64,000 nucleotides of DNA from Candidatus Berkelbacteria bacterium. GTDB taxonomy: Bacteria > Patescibacteriota > UBA1384 > XYA2-FULL-43-10 > 1-14-0-10-43-13. Numbering within the stretch: the stretch's first letter is position 1; every line of letters starts with the position of its first letter. The notes under the pieces are model-generated. The model was not told where the DNA came from. It did no database searches and saw only the letters and a program-made list of their open reading frames with translations. Location: positions 47,186-111,185 of the forward strand of contig JBAWZC010000002.1 in NCBI GenBank assembly GCA_037143235.1, in the 5' to 3' direction. A program made the position numbers and the translations under genes. Shown piece by piece: positions 27,506 to 38,321 of this stretch.

Positions 27506-28591
27506 TTATTCATCATTCAGGCGGAACTTCCAAGAAGCGATCGCCAGACAACCAACTATCCAAGCGCCAACTATAATCAGATTATTTGGATCAGCAAAGA
27601 TAGAGGCCCCTTCCAAGATGACACCTCGCATTATTCGCAATAGCGGAGCTAAGGGCAGAAACTGAACGATTGAGTAAAGCCACTTGGGCAGAGTATCGAT
27701 CGGAAAAAAGATACCGCCCAAAAACATCATCGGGATTGTAATCGCCATCGCCGCTCCTTGGGCTGCATCTACAGTCCGGACGATCGAAGCGAGAGCAAAA
27801 CCGATTAGTTGAAACATGACCGCGCCAATCAAAGCGACCAAATAAATCATGTAAACACTACCGTAGATGTGAGCGCCAAAAACATATTTACCAATGATAT
27901 AGATGATCGTAATCTGAAGAAAATTGAGCACGAGCCTCGACAAGACTTCTCCGGTAATAAACCACCAAGTTTTGATCGGGGCGGTGATGATACGCTTCAG
28001 GATCTTGTCTTCACGATATTTATTCATCCCTATCGCAATGCCCATGATTGAGGCATTCATCAAGGCCAGACCGAACATACCAGCCAAAACAAAATCAAAA
28101 TAAGTCAATTTGTTCGTATTTGTCTTTTCTTCTTTGATCGCAAAAGCCTCGGACCGAATATTGTTCTGTTGATAGGTCATTTGAGTATTGAACTTATTCA
28201 AAAATCCCAACAAGATAGTATTTGTTGTAGCATTGCCAGGATCATCAATGACCGTAATTTCTCGCGGTGCGCTAGTAGATAGATCACCAAAACCTGACGG
28301 GATCACGATAGCTCCTCCGGCCTTACCCTTTTTGACTGCAGCTCTCGCTTCGTCAACATTTTTTATCGAAGTGTTAATAGCAAACAATTTAGAATCAACG
28401 ATAGTTGTTTCAATATTTTTGGCGATCACTGACTGAGAGTTATTGATGATTATGACCGTACCGTTCGTCGAATCTTTGCCAAAAAATAAACCAAAAATAA
28501 CCGTAAACATCAGCGGGAACATCAGCGCCCAGAAGGAAGCCTGACGGTTTCGAAACAACATTTTTAAGTCGGACCAAAATAGTTTAATCAT
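27506..28591 (-). CDS. ABC-2 type permease
   Basis: FWALMFPLMF, RE..ILKRI, FLGGIFFP..LP.W. Confidence 0.9.
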   Translation of the reverse strand: MIKLFWSDLKMLFRNRQASFWALMFPLMFTVIFGLFFGKDSTNGTVIIINNSQSVIAKNIETTIVDSKLFAINTSIKNVDEARAAVKKGKAGGAIVIPSGFGDLSTSAPREITVIDDPGNATTNTILLGFLNKFNTQMTYQQNNIRSEAFAIKEEKTNTNKLTYFDFVLAGMFGLALMNASIMGIAIGMNKYREDKILKRIITAPIKTWWFITGEVLSRLVLNFLQITIIYIIGKYVFGAHIYGSVYMIYLVALIGAVMFQLIGFALASIVRTVDAAQGAAMAITIPMMFLGGIFFPIDTLPKWLYSIVQFLPLAPLLRIMRGVILEGASIFADPNNLIIVGAWIVGCLAIASWKFRLNDE

Positions 28592-29516
28592 CTGACTCCT
28601 CTTTTTTGATTTCTTTGCCTGTCAATTCGATAAACAAATCTTCGAGCGAAGCTCTGCCCACCGTCATACTCTCTGGATTCATCTTGTTGATAATTTCAGT
28701 TGCTTTATTTACATCAGCCTGTGTTTTCAACTTCAATTCAAAATGATTTGATTTGCCAGCTAGATTTTCGATATTACCAAGCAATCTCAATTTTTCAATT
28801 TGAGCTTTTGAGACACCAGAGGAGAAAAAACTAATCTTGTAGGGATTTTCCGTACTTTCTATCAGCTTGTGAGTTTCATCCAGAGCGATGATCTTGCCAT
28901 GATCCATAATGGCGATCCGATCACACAAAACCTCTGCTTCCTCCATATAATGAGTTGTCAGCACGATCGTTTTGCCCATTTTTTTGATATTTGCAATCAG
29001 CTCCCACAGACTTCGCCTTGCCACAGGGTCAAGGCCAGTGGTTGGTTCATCGAGAAAAACAACATCCGGATCATTTACCAGACTAGCCACGATCGAAAAG
29101 CGTTGTTTCTGCCCACCCGAAAGATTTGCGACCAGTGATTTCTTTTTCTCCAGTAAGTCCACCATTTCCAATAATTCATCAGGGTTTTTGGCCGTTTTGT
29201 AGAACGATCCAAACAGATCAAGAATTTCATGCAAAGTTAAAAATTGATAATAAGCGGAAGACTGGAGCTGGACGCCAATTCTTTCTTTGACACAATCAGC
29301 ACAGCCATGCGTCACATCTTCGCCAAGCACCTTCACCTTGCCACTATCAGGCGAACGCAAACCCTCAATAATCTCCAGTGTTGTCGTCTTGCCAGCGCCA
29401 TTTTCACCGAGCAAACCAAAAACCTCGCCTTTCTTCACATCAAAAGAGATGCCGTCAACGGCGTTGAAGTTCCCATATTTTTTGACCAAATGATCGATCT
29501 CAATAACTTTTTCCAT
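28584..29516 (-). CDS. ABC transporter ATP-binding protein
   Basis: GENGAGKTT, LSGGQKQR, FLDEPTTGLD; start moved to MEKV. Confidence 0.93.
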   Translation of the reverse strand: MEKVIEIDHLVKKYGNFNAVDGISFDVKKGEVFGLLGENGAGKTTTLEIIEGLRSPDSGKVKVLGEDVTHGCADCVKERIGVQLQSSAYYQFLTLHEILDLFGSFYKTAKNPDELLEMVDLLEKKKSLVANLSGGQKQRFSIVASLVNDPDVVFLDEPTTGLDPVARRSLWELIANIKKMGKTIVLTTHYMEEAEVLCDRIAIMDHGKIIALDETHKLIESTENPYKISFFSSGVSKAQIEKLRLLGNIENLAGKSNHFELKLKTQADVNKATEIINKMNPESMTVGRASLEDLFIELTGKEIKKEESDD

Positions 29517-29627
29517 TTTTTTCCCTTTTAATACCAAACAAATTATATGCCTTGATGTCATAGTTTTCAACATCAACGGCTCAATGACAAATGCCATCAA
29601 GCCGTTGGATATCAAGATCAATAAAAC

Positions 29628-30323
29628 TTATTTTTCGATCTGACCGTCACACATACTGATAATATTTTTGCAATCATTGGCCACAGCCATGTTATGAGTC
29701 ACGATCAGAAAGGTCTGCTTGTTATCTTTGTTCAATTTCTTTAATATTTCCATAATCTCCAGAGATGTCTTGGTATCCAACTCCCCTGTCGGTTCATCCG
29801 CCAATATTATCGCGGGGTTATTCATCAAAGCACGAGCGATCGCCACTCTTTGCTGCTGTCCACCAGAAAGCTCATTGGGACGGTGATGAGATCTGTCTTT
29901 CAAACCCATCAGATCAAGCAACTCTGCCGCCCGCTGTTTGCGCTCGGCCAACTTCATCCCGCCATACTTGCCCGCCAAGACAACATTTTCAAATGCGGTC
30001 AAAGTTGGGATCAGGTTGAAACCTTGAAAGATAAAACCAATCTTCTTGGCTCGCAATTTATACATCTGATTGTCTTTTATCGATGCCATATCAACGCCAT
30101 CAATCTCGAGCGATCCCCTGTCAGCCTTTTCAAGTAAACCAAGGATTGTCATCAAGGTTGATTTGCCACAGCCACTTGGGCCGATAATGGCCGAGAAATC
30201 ACCTTCCTTGACCTCCAGATCAACGCCATTTAATGCTTTCACTACATTCAACTTCGACATCTTAAATGTCTTCTCGAGACCCTTTGCTTTGATAATAATT
30301 TTTTCCGCCATATTGTTCTCCAA
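29628..30323 (-). CDS. ABC ATP-binding protein (LolD/MacB-like)
   Basis: [30 protein letters not shown]. Confidence 0.93.
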   Translation of the reverse strand: MENNMAEKIIIKAKGLEKTFKMSKLNVVKALNGVDLEVKEGDFSAIIGPSGCGKSTLMTILGLLEKADRGSLEIDGVDMASIKDNQMYKLRAKKIGFIFQGFNLIPTLTAFENVVLAGKYGGMKLAERKQRAAELLDLMGLKDRSHHRPNELSGGQQQRVAIARALMNNPAIILADEPTGELDTKTSLEIMEILKKLNKDNKQTFLIVTHNMAVANDCKNIISMCDGQIEK

Positions 30324-30389
30324 TTGATTATTGTACCAATGAAAATTAATTCATCATTGACCATTGACACTTGATAATTGCGAATTGTC

Positions 30390-31676
30390 TTACAATTCGC
30401 GTATTGCCTGCACCACCTTCAGTCTTGCTGCGCGAAGAGCAGGGAAAAATCCAGCCACGATACCGACAACAAAAGAGAAGAAGACAACCCCGATCAAAAA
30501 GCTCGGATCGAGCAAAAATATCTCCGCACCCTTTTCGGCCATCTTGCTGTTTATCAGCAATGCAGTCAAAGCGCCAAGTGACATACCCAAGATACCGCCG
30601 ATAATACTCAAGGCTCCAGCTTCTAGCGTATATTCAATTGCGATTGACGAACCAGAGGCACCAATCGCCTTCTTGATACCAATTTCCTTGGTACGCTCAG
30701 AGATTGACATAATCATGGTATTTACGACCGAAAAAAGCCCGACAATCAAAGCCAAGAGCGCGCTGCCTAGAATAATTGCATTCATCGTCGTTGACGCCTT
30801 ATCTATCTGCTCCCCCATTTTCTTTGGTGACAAGACCAAAACTTCGTTCTTGTATTTATCCTTAATCGTATTGAACAGTTGATCAGGATCGACACCATCT
30901 TTCCACGAAACCGATGCTGAGGTAGAAATGTCTTCCATCCTGAATGATTTTGATTGGACGATCTGTGCCCTTGCTTCCGGCGACAACTTTGATAACTCGG
31001 CGTCGGAAATATTGGCCACACTATCGGCTTGAGTTTTCAGAGACTTCAAGAATGGATTTGAGTCAACATATAGTTCTCGTGCAGGCTTGATATTCATAAA
31101 TACATAGGAGTCTGGTCCAGTCATAGTTTTAGTTAAAATCCCAACCACATGAAATTCTCGGCCGCGAATCTTGACTGTATCACCAACTTTCCATTTTTTA
31201 TCCAAAGCCACTGTCGATCCAATCGAAATATCATTTTCTGCTGAATTTTTATCTATTGCCACCCCTTTGTCCATATCAAGAGTTGCCCAGTTCTTATTTT
31301 TGAAATTCGAATTTGGATCCATGCTATAAATTGTCGCTGGCTGACTTATACCCATCGATCCGCCGGTCGGATCATCTGGGTTTGGCTCGTCGACAGCAAG
31401 TGAAACCGATCCTTCAACCGCTTCAACACCGTCGACCTTGGCAATTTTATCCAACAGGTCGACAGGCATAGTACCAGAGGTACCACTCATAAAATCACTT
31501 CCCTTGGGCGAGATAGTAATCTGACCCGTGATATATCTCTTGCCGCCATCAATCATTTTGTTAAGTTTCAATGCCATGCTGCCCATCACCGTAAAAGCAA
31601 AGATACCGACGGCAATGCCAGTGATCGTGAGCAAAGCACGAAATTTTCTACGCCAGATGTTACGAAAAATTTCCAT
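30390..31676 (-). CDS. ABC permease (MacB/FtsX-like)
   Basis: R..LTITGIAVG, ERTKEIGIKKAIGA, FPA.RAARL. Confidence 0.92.
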   Translation of the reverse strand: MEIFRNIWRRKFRALLTITGIAVGIFAFTVMGSMALKLNKMIDGGKRYITGQITISPKGSDFMSGTSGTMPVDLLDKIAKVDGVEAVEGSVSLAVDEPNPDDPTGGSMGISQPATIYSMDPNSNFKNKNWATLDMDKGVAIDKNSAENDISIGSTVALDKKWKVGDTVKIRGREFHVVGILTKTMTGPDSYVFMNIKPARELYVDSNPFLKSLKTQADSVANISDAELSKLSPEARAQIVQSKSFRMEDISTSASVSWKDGVDPDQLFNTIKDKYKNEVLVLSPKKMGEQIDKASTTMNAIILGSALLALIVGLFSVVNTMIMSISERTKEIGIKKAIGASGSSIAIEYTLEAGALSIIGGILGMSLGALTALLINSKMAEKGAEIFLLDPSFLIGVVFFSFVVGIVAGFFPALRAARLKVVQAIREL

Positions 31677-31705
31677 AATATTTTCCTATTAAATATAAAT
31701 ACGAA

Positions 31706-31826
31706 TGGTCGGACGCTAAACGCTGTTTTAACGACACTAGATGTCCTGCGGCGCCAAGCGCTGCTATAACGACGCTAAATGTTGTGGTCGGACGCTAAGC
31801 GTCCGTTAAACCACGCTCAGCGTGGT
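31706..31826. repeat. Array of ~6 mini-hairpins with CGCTMAGCG core, downstream of tRNA-Pro
   Basis: e.g. CGGACGC-TAA-GCGTCCG, ACCACGC-TCA-GCGTGGT, GCGGCGC-CAA-GCGCTGC. Confidence 0.7.
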
Positions 31827-31898
31827 CGGAGCGCCGAGACTTGAACTCGGAATCTCACGAACCCGAATCGTGTGCCCTACCAATTAGGCCACGCTCCG
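31823..31898 (-). tRNA. tRNA-Pro(CGG)
   Basis: CGGAGCG/CGCTCCG acceptor, CACGA-TTCGGGT-TCGTG, encoded CCA. Confidence 0.93.
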
Positions 31899-31931
31899 AC
31901 ATTTTATAGTAAAAGCCGATATCAGAAATAT

Positions 31932-32144
31932 TTATTTATTTCTGATCAGCTCTAGCTGCAAGATGATATAGCCAAGTGGCATGATGACCAAACCGCCAAT
32001 GATTTTTGATGATGGCAAGACAAAACTGTAGTCGGTGAAAATATTAAACAACCAGCCGACTACGCCAAATGCAAAAACAAAGGCCCCAGCTGTGATGATC
32101 GCGATGGCGATCGACTTGAAATTCACTTTTCCTGTCTCTGTCAT
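31932..32144 (-). CDS. Small membrane protein
   Basis: 2 TM; AGGAGG SD before MTETGK. Confidence 0.7.
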   Translation of the reverse strand: MTETGKVNFKSIAIAIITAGAFVFAFGVVGWLFNIFTDYSFVLPSSKIIGGLVIMPLGYIILQLELIRNK

Positions 32145-32154
32145 ATACCTCCTG

Positions 32155-32364
32155 TTAAAATATTTTGTACAAAAGCATGGCCAAAGTCGCATGGACAATC
32201 ATCAAGAAAACGAAGATCACCCATAACCACTTGCGATGCCAAATAGAATTACTAGGGTTTGGCCGTAAGCCGATATAGAGCTGAACCATCAAAACGACAA
32301 AAGCTAAGGCGGTAACGCCAAGCCAGATCATATGAACGAGTTGATATACCAAATAATTGTACAT
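32155..32364 (-). CDS. Small membrane protein
   Basis: 2 TM; TATAAT 6 nt before ATG. Confidence 0.65.
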   Translation of the reverse strand: MYNYLVYQLVHMIWLGVTALAFVVLMVQLYIGLRPNPSNSIWHRKWLWVIFVFLMIVHATLAMLLYKIF

Positions 32365-32451
32365 ACCATTATTATATTACTGATCGAAGGTCAATTCAAG
32401 CTAGTGATAAATGTCTGCTTCGGATCATTAGGTTCGATCGAGCGCTAAGTA

Positions 32452-32527
32452 TGGTCAGGGTAGTCGGACTTGAACCGACGATCTCCGGACCCCCAGCCCG
32501 GCGCTTTACCAACTAAGCCATACCCTG
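32452..32527 (-). tRNA. tRNA-Pro(GGG)
   Basis: CAGGGTA/TACCCTG acceptor, CCGGG-CTGGGGG-TCCGG, encoded CCA. Confidence 0.93.
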
Positions 32528-32627
32528 ATCATATCCAATTTATCATATGTTGAATAATTTGAATATGTTTGCGCTCTAACAATTTCAACCTAGTTTCATA
32601 TCTCGCCGGAAGTGGTAAAATAAGATT

Positions 32628-33818
32628 ATGAAAATACTTTTAGCCTCAGAATCGTTTCCACCAAATGTTTCTGGTGTGGCCACAGCCACAAAAAACTTGG
32701 CACAAAATCTGGTGAAATTTGGACATACTGCTATCGTTATAACTCCGGGCAATGTTCGCCAAAACAAAAAAGACGATCGTTTTCCTGATTACGATGTCAT
32801 ACGCATCGCCTCCATTCCAAATCCTTTTCGCAAAGGCTTCCGCATTGCTTTCTCCTCAAAAAATCGCATCAAGAAAATATTATTAGAAACGAAACCAGAC
32901 CTAGTCCACCTCCAAGACCCAGCTGCTATCGGTACCTTGGTACGCGATACGGCCAATGACCTAGGTATCCCAGTCGTCATCACCAATCATTTTTCTCTCG
33001 AATATGCCCTTTCCTATGTCAAAGGCTTATCTCCGATCATCCCCTTGCTCAGACAAGGACTGATCACTTATCTGGCGAATTTTTACAATCATTGTGATCA
33101 GGTCGTCACACCGACAGAAACTTTCGTCAAGCAGGTGCGACAATGGGGTGTGAAAAAACCAGTTATTGCAGTTTCCAACGGCATTGATGTTAGCAAATTC
33201 ATCACTCATTTTACCAAAGATGAACTCGACGACTTTCGCAAATCTCACCTCTTGCCTGATGGTCACATCATCCTCTATCTCGGCCGCGCAGACAAAGACA
33301 AAAGCATCGATGTTATCATCCGCTCCATACCAGAGGTAGCTAGTAAATGCGACGCACATTTTGTCATCGCGGGCACAGGCGGTGAGATCGAAAATCTCAA
33401 AAAGCTGGCGACTGAACTAAATGTTGATAAAAATGTGACCTTCCTTGGTTTTCTGGATCAAAAGAATGACGATAAAATCAAAATGTTCAAAAGCGCCACC
33501 GTCTTTGCAATACCTTCAACAATCGAAACACAAAGTATCGTTACTCTTGAAGCTCTTGCTTCGCGTGTGCCTGTCGTCGCCGCTGATGCCGGTGCCCTAC
33601 CAGAGCTAGTCATTGACGGCAAAGATGGCTACCTGATCAAGCCAGGCGACCACCAAGCACTTGCGAAACACCTCATCGAGATCATCAAAGACAAAAAGAA
33701 GCAGCAAGATATGGGCGACTACGGCTTCACTATCGCCATGCACCATCAGATGGATACCGCCTTCAAAGAAATGCTAGCCCTATATAAAGAAGTGATTGAG
33801 AGAAAGAAAAAGTCCTAG
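32628..33818 (+). CDS. Glycosyltransferase family 4 (GT-B)
   Basis: SESFPPNVSGVA, LYLGR..KDK, ETQSIVTLEALA. Confidence 0.92.
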   Translation: MKILLASESFPPNVSGVATATKNLAQNLVKFGHTAIVITPGNVRQNKKDDRFPDYDVIRIASIPNPFRKGFRIAFSSKNRIKKILLETKPDLVHLQDPAAIGTLVRDTANDLGIPVVITNHFSLEYALSYVKGLSPIIPLLRQGLITYLANFYNHCDQVVTPTETFVKQVRQWGVKKPVIAVSNGIDVSKFITHFTKDELDDFRKSHLLPDGHIILYLGRADKDKSIDVIIRSIPEVASKCDAHFVIAGTGGEIENLKKLATELNVDKNVTFLGFLDQKNDDKIKMFKSATVFAIPSTIETQSIVTLEALASRVPVVAADAGALPELVIDGKDGYLIKPGDHQALAKHLIEIIKDKKKQQDMGDYGFTIAMHHQMDTAFKEMLALYKEVIERKKKS

Positions 33819-33829
33819 ACTGATATTGA

Positions 33830-34005
33830 ATAGTTTCATTTAGTCATTTAGCCAATTGATCGTTTAATCATTGATTGAAGAATTGGAAATTGGATATTGG
33901 GAAATTAACTGATTATTGTTTCTTGGTTATTGTATCTTGGGGTCACTTCTTGACTATTGCTTCTTGCCAGTTTAGGTAATTAGAAATTAGAAATTAGAAA
34001 TTTTC
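33830..34005. repeat. Degenerate 7/8-mer tandem arrays
   Basis: TTAGAAA x3, ATTGGAA/ATTGGAT, TTTAGTCA units. Confidence 0.7.
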
Positions 34006-34229
34006 TCAGCGTCCGCCCCACCCTCTAAATTGGTTATAAATAACCAAGTGGGCGACCTCACGCTCTGACCACGGCCAGAGCAAATATTAGAAGCCCTTAA
34101 AAGATTTGTTAGCCAATTTATGATAGATAGGACGGACAGACACATCTTATCATAACTTCAAATATCGCCAAAACCTTTTATATCAACTCTGATTCTGGTA
34201 AAATAGTCTTGTTAATATCGGAATGACCT

Positions 34230-36389
34230 ATGGGCAAACCGCAGCTATTTGTTCAATCATATTTTTTGGCAACACAGGAAAAAACCCTGGGCAGACATTT
34301 GGCGACTGGTAAAATCCTTTTTAATGATCTTACTGATTCATTTTTCTTTTATTTGATCGAAATTACGCCAGAAACCGCTTTTGACACCGTGATTGAGCGT
34401 ATCATCGTCGATACGATGGAAAGTTTTTCTGACACCTCTGCTGTAAATGAAGCAAGTTTCGAAAAAGTTTTGACCAAGATAAACGCAGGTCTTGGAGAAC
34501 TGGCCGACTCAAGCCAGAGTCATTGGGCTGATCATCTAAATGCTATCGTCGGAGTTGTCGATGGCGACAATATCCTGATCTCTCAATGTGGCAAGATTAT
34601 CGGCTATATTTTTCGCAAAAACCGTATCTCCTCGCTGACAGACAACAGCAAAGTTACCGCCACCGCTCACAGCGTTTTTGATGAAATTATGGCTGGGCAG
34701 ATTGCCACCAACGATCGCATCGTCTTTGGCACCTCCGAATTTTTTGCCCATATCTCACTCGATAGGACGAGAAAACTCGGCACAGACCGCTCTCTGCTGG
34801 AAGACCTCTACTCCATCCAGAAATACTTTCAGCGACAGCGCTCAGCCACCGCCAACGCCATCTTCTTTGAAATTGATTGCTTGCCTGACGAGGTTGAAAC
34901 CAGAACTCTTTTTCTCGACGAACCTGAGATCAGCTCGACTGATATTTTTTGGGCAAAAGCAAAACCAATTTTAACGAAAATTGCCAAAAATATTGCTCTG
35001 GCCAGTGCCTTTCTCTGTAAATACATCGCAATTGGCAGCAAAAAATCCCATGGCTTTATCAAAAAAAGTATTTCACCCAAACTTTCTCACTACACTGGAG
35101 AAATCACCGAGTCAATCAAGAAAAAGTTGCCAAAGATAGACTACTCCGAGCGATTTTCACCACAACGAGCTTTTAACCCGACCGGCATTCGAGTCAAAGG
35201 TGCAAATTATTCTCCCCGAACCAGCAAGAAAAACTTTCTCACCTATGCCTTATTTTATTTCTCATTACTGGGGCTATTATTTGAAAAGAAAAACCGCAAA
35301 TATCTATACGCTACCCTAATAGCCTTGGCAATCATCATCGCTTTCTGCAAGATAACTATCAACAATTCAGAGCGTGGCAAGATCGCCGATCAAGCTGACC
35401 AAACACTCGCCTATGAAAAAGCTTTGACTCTTTACAACTCTGGCAAACAAGATATCGCTCTAGGGAAAACTACCGGCAAAGACCAGCTCAGCCAAGCCCT
35501 GAGCCAAGCCGAGGAAGCCCAGAAAAACAAAGATTACGCCGAGAAAAGTACCGCTCTGATCAAGAGCATCAACCAGGTTTTTGACAAACAAATTGTAGCC
35601 ACTAGAGTCTATACTGACAACGCCAATATCTCCTTACCAGCTGATACAGTTTTTGCGATCAGCGTTGGCAACGATATCTATTCTATCTCCAAAAACAACC
35701 ACATTTTCTCAGGGTCAGCCAATAACTACACTCCGACAGAGATAAAGAATTTCCCTATTTCATCACCACAAATCTCAGCCATCACTTATTCTGGCTATCT
35801 CAACAAAATATTTTTCCATGCAGATGCCAAAATGTTCACCATGGATGTTTCTTCCAAAAGCTTCTCAGAACTAATGATCAGCGATGCCACTAGCTTATGG
35901 GAGACAGCGACAACTTTTGCCAGTTATCGTTCCAGCCTCTACCTTATGGATTCCAACAGCAAAACAATATTTAAGCATGTAGCTGACAACGCAAATTACA
36001 GCAAAGGCCAAGTCTACCTGACAGCTGCCAAAAATACTTTGGCGAACGCCATCGACATCGCTATCGACGGTGATGTCTACCTACTTTATAAAGATGGCTC
36101 AGTCAATAAATATCGTCAAAGCACCCTACTTTCAGAATTTAAATTGCGCAACATCCCCTCTCCAGATTCAGCTATCTCGGGCGCCAGCAAAATCTTTACG
36201 GACGAAGATACCAACAACATCTTTGTGATGGACAAAGCCAAAAATCGCGTCATCGTTTTCGACAAAACTGGCAACTATCAGAAACAATATATTTTAGATA
36301 ATACCGATCTGACCGGTTTTACCGTCAACCCCAAATTACAAAAAATCTGGCTCCTCTCGGGAAACAGATTATTCGAAGCCGGACTATAA
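34230..36389 (+). CDS. Membrane protein with C-terminal beta-propeller (NHL-like) domain
   Basis: Central TM; LYLMD, DIAIDGDVY, IFVMDKAKNRVIVFDKTG blades. Confidence 0.8.
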   Translation: MGKPQLFVQSYFLATQEKTLGRHLATGKILFNDLTDSFFFYLIEITPETAFDTVIERIIVDTMESFSDTSAVNEASFEKVLTKINAGLGELADSSQSHWADHLNAIVGVVDGDNILISQCGKIIGYIFRKNRISSLTDNSKVTATAHSVFDEIMAGQIATNDRIVFGTSEFFAHISLDRTRKLGTDRSLLEDLYSIQKYFQRQRSATANAIFFEIDCLPDEVETRTLFLDEPEISSTDIFWAKAKPILTKIAKNIALASAFLCKYIAIGSKKSHGFIKKSISPKLSHYTGEITESIKKKLPKIDYSERFSPQRAFNPTGIRVKGANYSPRTSKKNFLTYALFYFSLLGLLFEKKNRKYLYATLIALAIIIAFCKITINNSERGKIADQADQTLAYEKALTLYNSGKQDIALGKTTGKDQLSQALSQAEEAQKNKDYAEKSTALIKSINQVFDKQIVATRVYTDNANISLPADTVFAISVGNDIYSISKNNHIFSGSANNYTPTEIKNFPISSPQISAITYSGYLNKIFFHADAKMFTMDVSSKSFSELMISDATSLWETATTFASYRSSLYLMDSNSKTIFKHVADNANYSKGQVYLTAAKNTLANAIDIAIDGDVYLLYKDGSVNKYRQSTLLSEFKLRNIPSPDSAISGASKIFTDEDTNNIFVMDKAKNRVIVFDKTGNYQKQYILDNTDLTGFTVNPKLQKIWLLSGNRLFEAGL

Positions 36390-36455
36390 ATATATTATAT
36401 TATTTGTTCTAGTTTGGTGCGCCGAACAGAGTTAGACCCTGTCCGACGCTAGTTA

Positions 36456-36722
36456 CTAATCCTCCTCTGGGTGCTTCGCGGTCAATTCCGCAATCGAGTT
36501 CGAGATTCGCCAAGCAGCAAGCAGCCCGGCCGCTAAGTCAAAATTTTTTCCAGCGAGCTGCACTCTTCCCGCCGCAAAATCATTCGCGGCCTCGGCCCTG
36601 ATAGCTTCCATCAAAAAGAGAATTAATTCCGCTCTTGCGGAATGGCCAAGGTGTGCAATTTCCTCAGCCAATTGTTTCAGAGTTCCATCGAACCCCAAAA
36701 CTACAGATAGATGTTCAGACAT
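36456..36722 (-). CDS. Hypothetical protein
   Basis: AGGAGG SD before MSEH. Confidence 0.6.
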   Translation of the reverse strand: MSEHLSVVLGFDGTLKQLAEEIAHLGHSARAELILFLMEAIRAEAANDFAAGRVQLAGKNFDLAAGLLAAWRISNSIAELTAKHPEED

Positions 36723-36824
36723 TTTACTTTCCTCCTTTTTGCCTGTATCTAACCGCAGATTAACATTATTACACAAAAATATCAAGTCCAGCAGGCAAGA
36801 AAATGAAATCGCCACCCGCGTATT

Positions 36825-37397
36825 TTAGTCTCTCTTGACCAACCCATTAAAAGTCAATTCTTTGTAATCAAGCATCCTGATACCGTTTTGCTTGTAAATT
36901 TGCGTCGTCGAAAACATCTTCTTGTCTTTGGGGTCAAGACCGAGCATCTCAATCGCTTTATCAACTTTTTCCCAGCTGTTACTCTCAATCTCAAGATATG
37001 GATTTAGCTGGGGACAAAAGTCAATGTCAAATTCGACATCACCAAAGAAATATCGAATGCGCCTCTTTTCCTCATAAAATTTCTGAGTAAGTCCGATACT
37101 CTCCAATATTTTCGCTGTTTGCACAAAATCGGTGACGATTGTCTCATGCTCAAGCATGCCATCATCATTTTTGATCCCGTCTTTAGCGCCCAGTCTGTGC
37201 TTGAAAGTCAATGTGATCTTATCTCCCTCGTCCCGAAGCCTGACCCAAGAATTTTCTTGGTCCAGTCGAAGATCAGGATAATCAAAAACCTTGATCTTAA
37301 AAATACGGTCAAAAGCTTTCTTTGACCCAATCTCCAAAATTTTCTTTTCAATTTTTTCTGCGTCAATATCCAAAAACTTTACTTCTATTTCTTCCAT
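36825..37397 (-). CDS. CYTH-domain protein (class IV adenylate cyclase / triphosphate tunnel family)
   Basis: EEIEVKF, WVRLRD, LTFK, YLEIE. Confidence 0.9.
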   Translation of the reverse strand: MEEIEVKFLDIDAEKIEKKILEIGSKKAFDRIFKIKVFDYPDLRLDQENSWVRLRDEGDKITLTFKHRLGAKDGIKNDDGMLEHETIVTDFVQTAKILESIGLTQKFYEEKRRIRYFFGDVEFDIDFCPQLNPYLEIESNSWEKVDKAIEMLGLDPKDKKMFSTTQIYKQNGIRMLDYKELTFNGLVKRD

Positions 37398-37463
37398 AAT
37401 CTTCCTTTTTACATTTCTCGACTTAACTGTATAATATCCTTACCGACCAACCAATGAATTTGA

Positions 37464-38285
37464 TTAAATCCGATAAATCTCTCTGTTGTACTCCCCTACG
37501 CCAACAAATTCGGCTTTGCCCGTAATGATTTTTTCCATTGCCTCGCAAGCATAGCAACCAGATCGCTCGCATGCAAAATCATTGTTCTTCCGTGCTTCTT
37601 TGATCTTCGTCGCTATTTCCATCACTCTTTTCTCCGACTCAACTAGCGATGGCAATTCGGCATCAACCATCTCGCCCTTGTCTAGATACCAATAACTCGC
37701 TTTTCTAATTTTGCGCTTCTGACAGTGTTCCAAAAGTAATCTATAGATAGCCAACTGGAGAGAATTTTTCGATTCTTCGTTCTTGCCGGTCTTGAAATCA
37801 ATAATATCGACGGTGTCATCGTCAGGATTATATTTGACCCAGTCAACTTTGCCACAAAGAATAATATTTTGCGCTTCGCTCAGCCAGTACCATGGCAGAT
37901 CCTGCTTCAGCTTAATCGCTTTTTCCAGCAGTGGCCCAGGATTTCTCTCCACATTCTCTAGCATAGTCAGTGCTCTGGCCTTATATTGCATTTCTTCTGT
38001 CTCATCTTTGAAACCACCAATCTTGCCCTGGACTTTTCGCCATTTGACACTCAGAAGAACTTTGAAAGGAATATCAAAGCGTTTCTCGGCTGGCAACTCA
38101 GACAAAGACTCTAGCACATCATGCACCACCAGACCGAGCGATAGATGAGGATTGGTCAAGGTAACTTTGCGTCCAGTTTCTGGATTTTTATAAACATTAT
38201 TCAAAAAATACAACCTCGGACAGCGAAGGAAGTCATTGATAGACGAATGTGAGACCCAAATTGCACTAAATTTATCACCTGCCAT
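37464..38285 (-). CDS. PD-(D/E)XK nuclease (RecB/AddB/Cas4-like)
   Basis: S.SSI...CPR, GKVD, IIDFKTG, QLAIY, C-terminal C-x4-C-x2-C. Confidence 0.88.
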   Translation of the reverse strand: MAGDKFSAIWVSHSSINDFLRCPRLYFLNNVYKNPETGRKVTLTNPHLSLGLVVHDVLESLSELPAEKRFDIPFKVLLSVKWRKVQGKIGGFKDETEEMQYKARALTMLENVERNPGPLLEKAIKLKQDLPWYWLSEAQNIILCGKVDWVKYNPDDDTVDIIDFKTGKNEESKNSLQLAIYRLLLEHCQKRKIRKASYWYLDKGEMVDAELPSLVESEKRVMEIATKIKEARKNNDFACERSGCYACEAMEKIITGKAEFVGVGEYNREIYRI

Positions 38286-38321
38286 AGTTCTATTCTAGTC
38301 GAAATATCACATTAAAGCTAA

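Noticed and set aside
31706-31826. Mini CRISPR array
   Set aside because: Units are 13-17 bp hairpins with variable arms and gaps of a few nt, not constant repeats with unique spacers.
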